Positions 26,596 through 34,200 of a stretch of DNA of 64,000 nucleotides are shown piece after piece. This DNA is from a virus. The first letter of the stretch is position 1. Every line of letters begins with the position of its first letter. The stretch is taken from the IMG/VR virus record IMGVR_UViG_3300045988_176028, one strand, 5' to 3'. The notes under the pieces are model-generated. The model made no database searches. It was not told the origin of the DNA and worked only from the letters and a program-made list of their open reading frames with translations. A program made the position numbers and the translations under genes.

Positions 26596-27993
26596 ATGGT
26601 CAAACCCGGTCGCAAACCCATGGATGTTGCCGGTCAACGTTTCGGGAAACTCACGGTGGAAAAGTATGTTCCCAATACTAAAAAAGGTTCCTATTGGTTA
26701 TGTTCTTGCGATTGCGGCAATAACGTCGTCGTATCTTTAGGTAATCTGAAAAAAGGCAATACAAAAAGCTGTGGGTGTCTTTCTAAAAAAGGAAAACCTT
26801 ACGGGGAACGGCCACGGGGAAAACGTAACGAGCTTTCGTCCACTTCTAAGGGGAGACGCCGGAGAGCAGATGAGTTGTGCGGAAAACAATTCGGACGTTT
26901 GACCGTATTAAGTTTTCAAGGTGTCAATAAGAACCATCACTCCGTCTACTTATGCCGGTGCTCTTGCGGGAAAACAGTCTCAGTAGTTAGAAATGCCCTA
27001 ACTACGGGGAACACTAGAAGTTGCGGGTGTTTTGAAGTTCAAAGGACTCGGGAAACCCGACTTAAACATGGTGACGCTTCTGAAAATTCTCCGTATGTTA
27101 AGCTTTTTCACTCGTGGAAACTGATGCTTGACCGTTGTAGCAATCCCCGTAACGTTTCTTATTCTCATTACGGGAAAAGAGGTGTTCAGGTCTGCGATGA
27201 ATGGAAGGAATGGGGAATCTTCAAAAAATGGGCTATTGACAATGGGTGGAAAGCGAACGCTGGATTATCCCTCGACAGAATAGATGTTGACGGAAACTAT
27301 GAACCGGATAATTGCAGGTGGACGGATGCCAAGACGCAGTCTAATAATAAAAGGAAAAGCATACGAGTCGTATATGGTGACAAACGTATTTCATTGTATG
27401 ATTGGGCGAGAATAAAGGGAATTTCTTTAGAAGAAGCAAAAGGAATGTTCTCCTCAAATATATTGGAGAACCCACCTCAACTATTAGAAGAAAAGGACGA
27501 CAACGTGGAAAAGAAAAAAATCACAAAGATTTCCGACGGAATGAAAATCGGGTATTTAACCGTACTTCGACCCAATGGGAAAGACAGGTACGGTCATGTC
27601 GTCTATCTTTGTCGTTGCGTGTGTGGCAGGGAGAAAAATGTTCTGGTTTCCAATCTAAGGAATGGTAGTGTCAAAAGCTGTGGGTGCATGAGAAAACAGC
27701 TCATATCCAAAGCTAGGACAAAACACGGGGATAGTATTAAAAGCTCTCCATATTATCGGTTGTATAGGGTTTGGGACGATATGATTCACCAGCGTCGGAT
27801 TGAATCTTATGAGGAACGGGAACTTATTCCCGTTTGCAAAGACTGGTCTGTATGGGCGTCTTTTAAGGAATGGTCTTTAGCCAATGGGTATTCGAAGGAT
27901 AAAAAGTTAACGAGAATTTCATATCGTAAAGGCTACGAACCGGATAATTGCGTTTGGCGTTCTGAGGGTGAGTATGTTTTGCATAAGTTTTAA
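26596..27993 (+). CDS. Cys-rich modular protein (3 x C.C...SCGC modules, 2 x HG...C(D/K)(E/D)W...PDNC.W modules)
   Basis: Repeated (Q/K)(R/Q)FG(K/R)LTV...Y(W)LC.C.CG...V....L..G..(K/R)SCGC at aa ~13, ~96 and ~327. Each block is followed by HGD(A/S)...Y..W..M..R....YGKRGVQVCDEW...DRID.DGNYEPDNCRW, or a degenerate second copy. I have seen this architecture in phage HNH/AP2-associated proteins. Function unknown. Confidence 0.6.
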   Translation: MVKPGRKPMDVAGQRFGKLTVEKYVPNTKKGSYWLCSCDCGNNVVVSLGNLKKGNTKSCGCLSKKGKPYGERPRGKRNELSSTSKGRRRRADELCGKQFGRLTVLSFQGVNKNHHSVYLCRCSCGKTVSVVRNALTTGNTRSCGCFEVQRTRETRLKHGDASENSPYVKLFHSWKLMLDRCSNPRNVSYSHYGKRGVQVCDEWKEWGIFKKWAIDNGWKANAGLSLDRIDVDGNYEPDNCRWTDAKTQSNNKRKSIRVVYGDKRISLYDWARIKGISLEEAKGMFSSNILENPPQLLEEKDDNVEKKKITKISDGMKIGYLTVLRPNGKDRYGHVVYLCRCVCGREKNVLVSNLRNGSVKSCGCMRKQLISKARTKHGDSIKSSPYYRLYRVWDDMIHQRRIESYEERELIPVCKDWSVWASFKEWSLANGYSKDKKLTRISYRKGYEPDNCVWRSEGEYVLHKF

Positions 27994-28219
27994 TCAAAGA
28001 TTGGAAACATTTTATGTATGGTTCTTTAGTTGACGCCGATAGCAGCGATTATGTCAGAAAAGAAATATGGGCAGTCCCCGTCCATAAAAAATCCAAGCAG
28101 ATAAGAGGATACTAAATGCGCGTGCAACATTACAATCCAAATCCCGTCCCCCAACCGAAAAACGCTTACGAATGGCGCGTTTTCCTGTTCAGCCACTTGG
28201 ATAAGCCAGTACCATTGAA

Positions 28220-28579
28220 TTGGAACAGCAACTCCCAACATCAAAGGAAAAACAAGTGGCGTCGATAAAAGTATTCATGGGAAACACGATATATCCGGTA
28301 GAAATATCTAAAGGCCAGCATATAAGCTTCTACTATCTTCCAGCCGGTGAGCATACCGCGCCCGGACGTGAGGAACAGGTTCAGAAAGCCACTTTGGAGA
28401 ATGAGTCCGGCAGAACCATCAAGACTTGGGAGGCTGTCGGCGGCTTGTTTAAGAACAAGATTGTGACCAAGCATGCTCCTCTACTTCGCCGTATGATGGG
28501 TGCTTCGGACACCTACCAGTTCGACAAGTGCATTGGTGGCCCTCAGTTTTTCTCCGCGCAGGAAGAAGCGGAGTGTTAA
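28220..28579 (+). CDS. hypothetical protein
   Basis: 119-aa ORF; the start is uncertain (TTG 28220 or ATG 28277). An alternative 50-aa ORF at 28116..28268 has an AAGAGGA RBS. No domain recognised. Confidence 0.35.
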   Translation: MEQQLPTSKEKQVASIKVFMGNTIYPVEISKGQHISFYYLPAGEHTAPGREEQVQKATLENESGRTIKTWEAVGGLFKNKIVTKHAPLLRRMMGASDTYQFDKCIGGPQFFSAQEEAEC

Positions 28580-28619
28580 ATTGGGTTCACCTGCACATAA
28601 AGCGGCTCCAACTAGAGTC

Positions 28620-29351
28620 ATGCAACGTCGGCGTAGACTATTCCAGCGTCGTATCGCGGTTTGTTTGTTGGCTGGAATGTTCGCCGCCGCCGGTACGTCT
28701 ATGCTTGTGTTGAAGCCAACTCCCAGCGCTTACGCTGAGGCTAAGCCGTTTGATACGAGTACCGCTACTACTCGAAGCACGTTGACTGAAACCAGTGCGG
28801 CATCCCGTAGCGCGTCCCGTGAAGAGTTGAAGGATTATAAGGCCACAAGCAATGATGGAAGTTGGAGCATGTCCGATTCCGATGGTGTGACCGGCAAACT
28901 GACTGCTATCAGTGCGGATAATCCGGTGGTTAAATCGTTGATTAACGGTCGTGACGAGGGTCAGACTCCTGACGGTTTCAATCCGAATCATGCGACCGGT
29001 GACACGGGCAATGCCTACGAGTTTTCGCAATGCACTTGGTGGGCTTACGTGCGCCGTCACCAGTTGGGATTGCCCGCTGGCTCCCACATGGGCAATGGTG
29101 CCGACTGGGCGAACACGGCCCGTAAACTCGGATATTGGGTTGACAACACTCCCCGTGTCGGTGATGTGATTTGCTTCCAACGTGGACAATACGATTCAGA
29201 CCCCACGTATGGTCATGTGGGGATTGTCGAAAACGTTGGCGCGGATGGTTCAATCACCACGTCCGAATGCGGTAGCGCATACAATGGCAAACCGTTCAGC
29301 CGCACTTTCACTGCGGAACAGGCGTCCCAACTGCAATTCATCCACTACTGA
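28620..29351 (+). CDS. secreted CHAP-domain peptidoglycan hydrolase
   Basis: RRRRLFQRR followed by a hydrophobic helix and an AYA cleavage-like site. CHAP signature: FSQCTWWAYVRR...GNGADWA...VGDVICF...YGHVGIVE. The start could also be TTG 28581. Confidence 0.8.
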   Translation: MQRRRRLFQRRIAVCLLAGMFAAAGTSMLVLKPTPSAYAEAKPFDTSTATTRSTLTETSAASRSASREELKDYKATSNDGSWSMSDSDGVTGKLTAISADNPVVKSLINGRDEGQTPDGFNPNHATGDTGNAYEFSQCTWWAYVRRHQLGLPAGSHMGNGADWANTARKLGYWVDNTPRVGDVICFQRGQYDSDPTYGHVGIVENVGADGSITTSECGSAYNGKPFSRTFTAEQASQLQFIHY

Positions 29352-29368
29352 CCGGAAAGAACACAAGA

Positions 29369-29560
29369 ATGGTGAAACCGCTTTCAAACCGCTCGCGCCG
29401 AAGCATTATGACTCCCCAAGGCGCGATAACAGGCCATGAGTTTGACGAGTTCGTGAAAGCCAGAGGTGGCACACCCTACCGGCTCGACACCGGCGGGGAT
29501 GGAATCTTCGACCCATTCCAAGAAGACGGAAAGAACAGCAAAAGCCCATCGAAGAAATGA
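29369..29560 (+). CDS. hypothetical small protein
   Basis: 63-aa ORF whose stop overlaps the next start (ATGA). Confidence 0.35.
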   Translation: MVKPLSNRSRRSIMTPQGAITGHEFDEFVKARGGTPYRLDTGGDGIFDPFQEDGKNSKSPSKK

Positions 29561-30498
29561 TTTGCGGCACAGAAAGCCGCCAGAAAGGAAAGATGCAAAC
29601 CATGTTGGATAAGAAAACAGCGCAGGAGATAAGCGAACTGTGCGTTGAGAAAATCGATTGGACGATAGTCGGCATTGAAGGTGGCACCGTAACCATCTTC
29701 ACCGGCAAGGACAGGTATTACGCGTCCTACGGTACCGAAGGTAGTGACCCCATCACGGAGACGAGCAAGTCAAAGGAACCCGGCAACGCGAGGTGGTTTG
29801 AACGGGACGGAACCGTGTCCTCCGACCATCCGGTAATCTGCACGGTGAGCGTGCATGACGGGAAGGCTGAGACGGACGTTCGTCACATGCCGCCCATGTT
29901 CGATGAGGAAGCCTACGAAGCTGTTGCCAATATGGAACTTGATAGGAAATTCGTCCACGATGAAAGTGGAGAGGATTATTGGCCGGATTGGCCGAAGGAC
30001 ACCATCAAGGCATGGCAACAGTTCCGGGATGAGATTGAAGACATTCCGGAAGACTACAAATACGTTCTATTTGAGGTCGAGCCGAGCACGCAGAAACTTC
30101 TGTTCGCCTTGTCGGAAATCACCGGAATACACTATCTGTCTGAAATTCCACTCACCATCAAAGTACTGCCCGAGGATGCGAAACAAGTCCGATTCAGCAT
30201 TCCCGAAAGCGAAGCGAAAATGTGGTGGGATGTTCGCGCCCGCAGTTGGGATAGCCGTTTCATCATATGTACCCACCAGTGGCCGTTCCACAAGAAAGGA
30301 CAATTGATGTACACCATCATCGACCGGAAGCGTAACGTTCGCGGCGCATGCACCTATCTGGGTGGCGGGGCGAGCAAGGACGGCACGTATACGGACGCGG
30401 AATGCGCGGAACTCATCAGCCGACTATCCGACCCGAAGGACGAAACCCAAGTCAGCTACCGCAACTACGTGCCCTTGCGACTCGTGGAATACCGGTAG
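29557..30498 (+). CDS. hypothetical protein
   Basis: 313-aa ORF (alternative start MQTMLDKK at 29593). No domain recognised. Confidence 0.5.
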   Translation: MICGTESRQKGKMQTMLDKKTAQEISELCVEKIDWTIVGIEGGTVTIFTGKDRYYASYGTEGSDPITETSKSKEPGNARWFERDGTVSSDHPVICTVSVHDGKAETDVRHMPPMFDEEAYEAVANMELDRKFVHDESGEDYWPDWPKDTIKAWQQFRDEIEDIPEDYKYVLFEVEPSTQKLLFALSEITGIHYLSEIPLTIKVLPEDAKQVRFSIPESEAKMWWDVRARSWDSRFIICTHQWPFHKKGQLMYTIIDRKRNVRGACTYLGGGASKDGTYTDAECAELISRLSDPKDETQVSYRNYVPLRLVEYR

Positions 30499-30521
30499 AA
30501 ATTAAAAGAAAGGAGCCGAAT

Positions 30522-30671
30522 ATGGGAACCGACATCACCGTAACCCAATTGGGCAGTCCCGCCGACCCCACCTATCTCGTCCGCCGTGGCGACGAATTCT
30601 GGAGCGAATGGCATTTAAGCTGTTCCGAAGCCCAACGATTGGCCTCTGAGCTAAGGAGCATGGGACTTTGA
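30522..30671 (+). CDS. hypothetical small protein
   Basis: 49 aa. AAAGGAG RBS 6 nt before ATG 30522. Its stop overlaps the next start. Confidence 0.4.
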   Translation: MGTDITVTQLGSPADPTYLVRRGDEFWSEWHLSCSEAQRLASELRSMGL

Positions 30672-31423
30672 AGTTGAGCAATAGGAACAGCATTCACTCC
30701 CTCATGCTCGTACTTTCACTGTGCGCGGACTGTCTGATGGCATTGCCCGCCACTGCGATGGCATACCCTCCATCAAACAACACCGTATACTCCGTGCGTT
30801 CATTCCCCGCTACCACGACCACGCGCCGAGACCTGACTCGCGAAAGCGTCAGCACCGACGTGCAGTCGGACAGCGATTGGGGTGGTATCGAAAACCTAAT
30901 TGTCCCGCAGACGAAATCCCAAGCCGAGAAAGACGCCGAAGCGAAAGCCCAACAGGAAGAGGAGACCCGCAAACAGGCACAGGAACAGGCGGTACGACAA
31001 GCCCAAACGCGAGCCGCCCAAAAGGAAGAAGCAAATAGAAGCGCGGAACGAACCGCCATCACTCCCCCAGCATCCAAAACCGGACAAGCCGTGGCAGAAT
31101 ATGCGATGCAGTTCAGCGGATACCCATACGTGTACGGCGGCAACCAGCCATCAGGCTGGGATTGTTCCGGATTCGTCCAATATGTGTTCGCGCAATTCGG
31201 TGTCAGTCTCCCCCACCAGTCAGGCAGTCAAATGAGCGTCGGTTCGCCCGTGGCATCATTGGCAGAAGCCCAACCGGGCGATATTCTCGCCAACGGTTCG
31301 CACGCCGCCATCTACATCGGCAACGGCATGGTCATGAACGCCATGAGTCCAAGCCAAGGCACTGGAGTCGCACCGGTCAGCATGGTCATGTACGGCGGGT
31401 ACGCAATCAGACGAATCGTCTGA
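30668..31423 (+). CDS. secreted NlpC/P60 (C40) peptidoglycan endopeptidase
   Basis: Signal peptide (LMLVLSLCADCLMALPATAMA) and a Q/E/A-rich linker. Catalytic core: YPYVYGGNQPSGWDCSGFVQYVF...GDIL...HAAIYIGNG. Confidence 0.85.
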   Translation: MKLSNRNSIHSLMLVLSLCADCLMALPATAMAYPPSNNTVYSVRSFPATTTTRRDLTRESVSTDVQSDSDWGGIENLIVPQTKSQAEKDAEAKAQQEEETRKQAQEQAVRQAQTRAAQKEEANRSAERTAITPPASKTGQAVAEYAMQFSGYPYVYGGNQPSGWDCSGFVQYVFAQFGVSLPHQSGSQMSVGSPVASLAEAQPGDILANGSHAAIYIGNGMVMNAMSPSQGTGVAPVSMVMYGGYAIRRIV

Positions 31424-31525
31424 AAAATTCCTCCCTATCATATTTTTTTGGTTTCCTATTGTTCCGACGAAAGAATACCTTAAGCTGGAAAACAAAAACC
31501 CTCCAAAAATGAAAGGCTTTCCGAC

Positions 31526-31972
31526 ATGAGCGACCCTAATTTCCCTCCACAGCAGTACCCAAATCCCAGTCAGAGCCAGCGGGCACAATACGACCAGCCG
31601 CGACAGCAGGTCTACCAACAGCCGCAGTATACGCAACCGCAAGCTAACCCATATGCGACCGGCCAACAGTATGCTCAGACCCCTCAATACGGTCAACCCC
31701 AATATCAGCAACCGCAGTATGCACAATACCAGTATGGTCAGCAACCGTATGTGAATCCGCAACCTGCCGACACGGGGTCGTTCGGATGGGCGGTATTGGG
31801 GTTCTTCTTCCCTATCGTCGGACTCATCCTATTCCTCATTTGGAAGACGGAGAAGCCGGTGAGTGCAAAACAGGCCGGAATGGGAGCGCTCGTATCGGTC
31901 ATCGTCAGCGTGGTTTTGTGGCTTATTGTCTTCATGTTCGCTCTCGCGACTGGAAGCGCCGCAGTCTATTAA
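31526..31972 (+). CDS. Q/P/Y-rich membrane protein
   Basis: N-terminal QYxQPQ repeats followed by two TM helices (WAVLGFFFPIVGLILFLIW; GALVSVIVSVVLWLIVFMFAL). Confidence 0.65.
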   Translation: MSDPNFPPQQYPNPSQSQRAQYDQPRQQVYQQPQYTQPQANPYATGQQYAQTPQYGQPQYQQPQYAQYQYGQQPYVNPQPADTGSFGWAVLGFFFPIVGLILFLIWKTEKPVSAKQAGMGALVSVIVSVVLWLIVFMFALATGSAAVY

Positions 31973-31973
31973 C

Positions 31974-32030
31974 TTTTTATGAGCTTTTAGCCCACCTGTG
32001 TTTATCAGGTGGGCTAAAAGCTCATAAAAA
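31974..32030. terminator. 25-bp perfect inverted repeat (bidirectional terminator candidate)
   Basis: TTTTTATGAGCTTTTAGCCCACCTG (31974-31998), loop TGTTTAT, then CAGGTGGGCTAAAAGCTCATAAAAA (32006-32030). Confidence 0.7.
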
Positions 32031-32094
32031 CCTCTTTTCAGAAGAAATCAACCTTATACTCCCCTAAGATGAGGTTGTAATACTAAAAAAGATT

Positions 32095-32115
32095 GTTCTC
32101 CATATATTGGAGAAC
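32095..32115. promoter_or_regulatory. palindromic operator candidate
   Basis: GTTCTCCA-tatat-TGGAGAAC, 58 nt upstream of ATG 32173. Confidence 0.35.
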
Positions 32116-32172
32116 CACTTAAAAAGAGAAGACGCGACCCTCCTCTATCTCAACGCAAGGAGCGAAACAAAA

Positions 32173-32664
32173 ATGACAATGCCGCAACAGCCTCAAGTCA
32201 ACGTGAACATTAATCAACCGTCCATACCGCAACAGCCTATGGCTCAACCCCAAAACCCAATCCGGCAGAACAGTCTCCGAACCAAACGTGGACTGCTTAA
32301 ATATCTTCTGCTTGGACTCGTCACCTTCGGCATTTACGACATTTGGCAAATGAGCGAAGTCGGCACCACGTTGAATCTCATCGCCACGCGACGTGACGGC
32401 AAACGCACCATGCATTATTGTCTCATGTTCTTCCTGCTCGGCTGGCTGACCCTTGGCATCGGCTGGCTTGTCTGGTATCACAAGCTCAGCTCCCGTATCG
32501 GCACAGAACAGGCCGCTCGTGGACTGCCGGTCACGGTCACTGCCGCAACCTACTGGCTGTGGAACATTCTCGGCTCTCTCATCATCGTCGGCCCATTCAT
32601 TTACACGTACAAGCTTCTGCACGCCATGAACGACCTGTGCGCCGACTACAACGCGCGAGGCTGA
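32173..32664 (+). CDS. DUF4234-like membrane protein
   Basis: ATG 32173 with an AAGGAG RBS. Q/P-rich N-terminus. LLKYLLLGLVTFGIYDIWQM ... LGWLTLGIGWLVWYHKL matches the DUF4234 pattern. Confidence 0.6.
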   Translation: MTMPQQPQVNVNINQPSIPQQPMAQPQNPIRQNSLRTKRGLLKYLLLGLVTFGIYDIWQMSEVGTTLNLIATRRDGKRTMHYCLMFFLLGWLTLGIGWLVWYHKLSSRIGTEQAARGLPVTVTAATYWLWNILGSLIIVGPFIYTYKLLHAMNDLCADYNARG

Positions 32665-32668
32665 TACA

Positions 32669-32690
32669 TACTAAACTGGATTTGTCCACA
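32669..32690 (+). promoter_or_regulatory. repeated promoter motif, degenerate copy P11
   Basis: tacTAAACTggatttGTCCACA. It lacks the TG and has TAAACT as its -10. It sits 18 nt upstream of ATG 32709. Confidence 0.4.
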
Positions 32691-32708
32691 TAAGCAGAAA
32701 GAAAAACG

Positions 32709-32861
32709 ATGGCATCATTCATCATTGGACTTTTAGTCGGAGTGTTCATCGGCATGACTGTCATGAGCATGTGCGTAATTTCGAAGCAATCCGACAACAA
32801 GCGTATCATCGACACCCACGCCGACAGTACAGAGGATTCCATTCCCATGGGGAAGGATTAA
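32709..32861 (+). CDS. 50-aa single-TM micro-protein (below the ORF-track cutoff)
   Basis: Translated by hand: MASFIIGLLVGVFIGMTVMSMCVISKQSDNKRIIDTHADSTEDSIPMGKD. Its stop lies 2 nt before the next ATG. Confidence 0.45.
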   Translation: MASFIIGLLVGVFIGMTVMSMCVISKQSDNKRIIDTHADSTEDSIPMGKD

Positions 32862-32863
32862 GC

Positions 32864-33802
32864 ATGTCCTGCTTGCGGAAAAACATCGGACAAGGCATCC
32901 GACTGGTCATCCCCAGCATCCTCGTATTGTCGCTTCTGACCGTCGGCACGCCCGCATCCGCGAATCCGGCCACAGGAAGCATCCCCGTCGGACAGTCAGC
33001 CACACAAGTGTTGGACACGCTCACCGTCGGAGTGAAATCCAATGCGTCTTCCGACCGCAAGTCCCACCAGTGGAACAAGGTCGTTGGCAAAACCGGCAAT
33101 TACACGACCCGCGATTTGGTGTTGGAACGCGACATGGATAACGTGACCTACACGAGTCGAGGCAACGTGAACACCGGCATCCTATTGGAACCATACACGG
33201 GCAAGACCATCCACTTCCAACGCGGCACGTCGAACAAGACCGAGGGTGGAAGCGCGTCCAACCGTGACGGCGGCATCCAAATCGACCATGTGGTCGCCTA
33301 TGCGGAAGCGTATCGTTCCGGCTTGGACAAGCTCGACTTCGCCCAGCGAGACGCCTACTACAACGACCCCGACGTACTGCTCGCATCCCAAGCGGAAGCC
33401 AACAATGTGAAAAAGGACGGCACCATAGCCGAATGGGAACCTTCCAACCAAACGTTCCAATGCGATTACGCGAGCCTGCAAATCGGCATCAAAGCCAAAT
33501 ATGGGCTGATGGTAGACCAGAAGGAACATGATAAGCTGGCGCAAGTGTTGGCTTCCTGTCCGGCTGAAACCATTATTTCGACCAGTCAAGTGAAACAACG
33601 GTTAACCAGTGGGACATCAGAGGGGAACAATACAGGCACCGCTAACAATAATACGACCGGTGGCAACAGTCAGAACAGCCAATATAACGGTTCCACCAAC
33701 AGTAAGAACAATTCGCATACAACGAACAAACACCACACCACCACAACTAAGAAGAACTGGGTCAAAAACCTATTCAACGGACTCCTAAAACAATTCTTCT
33801 AG
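32864..33802 (+). CDS. secreted DUF1524/HNH-type nuclease
   Basis: ATG 32864 gives a signal peptide (LVIPSILVLSLLTVGTPASA). Core motifs: TRDLVLERD...EPYTGKTI...IQIDHVVAYAEAYRSG...NDPDVLLASQAEANNVKKDG..AEWEPSN...CDYA...IKAKYGL.VD. These match the DUF1524 (GmrSD C-terminal-like) pattern. N/T-rich tail. Confidence 0.7.
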   Translation: MSCLRKNIGQGIRLVIPSILVLSLLTVGTPASANPATGSIPVGQSATQVLDTLTVGVKSNASSDRKSHQWNKVVGKTGNYTTRDLVLERDMDNVTYTSRGNVNTGILLEPYTGKTIHFQRGTSNKTEGGSASNRDGGIQIDHVVAYAEAYRSGLDKLDFAQRDAYYNDPDVLLASQAEANNVKKDGTIAEWEPSNQTFQCDYASLQIGIKAKYGLMVDQKEHDKLAQVLASCPAETIISTSQVKQRLTSGTSEGNNTGTANNNTTGGNSQNSQYNGSTNSKNNSHTTNKHHTTTTKKNWVKNLFNGLLKQFF

Positions 33803-33817
33803 AACAGCCGTAACACA

Positions 33818-33855
33818 AGTAGTCCCGCCATTCACTTTCGGATGGTGGGACTACT
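33818..33855. terminator. stem-loop between the nuclease gene and the tnpB unit
   Basis: AGTAGTCCCGCCA-N12-TGGTGGGACTACT with one G-T pair and no clear T-run. Confidence 0.4.
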
Positions 33856-33949
33856 CATATATCAACTATGTTCTTCGTCCCATTTGTCCAAGGTTTCCAA
33901 CAGGTTAGGCAAGCCGAAATAGTCGTATGATTGCCCGTATTGTTTCCCA

Positions 33950-34200
33950 CCTTTGGTCTCATATATAATGTTGACTTCCTCACGGGGTTGAAATCCCGTG
34001 ATTCCTGTTGCCGGTTGGACGTGTCTTTCTTAATGTTTTTAATGGAAGAGATTCCGACCGGTATTGCAGGGGTTTGAGTTTCATCGACGTTGCTCCCCAC
34101 TGGTTTTCACCAGTGTGGAAGCTTGTTGTCTCCACTCTTCGGCATCGTCCATGCCGTTCGTTCCTAACGCGCGGTCGAGAATGTTCTTGGACGCGTTCAC
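33950..34200 (-). ncRNA. candidate TnpB omega RNA (reRNA), copy 1
   Basis: On the minus strand, about 75 nt after the tnpB stop: GGAATCACGGGATTTCAACCCCGTGAGGAAGTCAAC (33970-34005). It has the same layout as copy 2 with compensatory stem changes. The 5' boundary is a guess. The putative guide would begin ATTATATATGAGACCAAAGG. Confidence 0.4.

Noticed and set aside
33855-34100. 81-aa minus-strand ORF downstream of tnpB copy 1; likewise 40820..41044 downstream of copy 2
   Set aside because: Both overlap the conserved hairpin interpreted as the omega-RNA scaffold end. Conservation between the copies is at the RNA-structure level, not in the protein frame.
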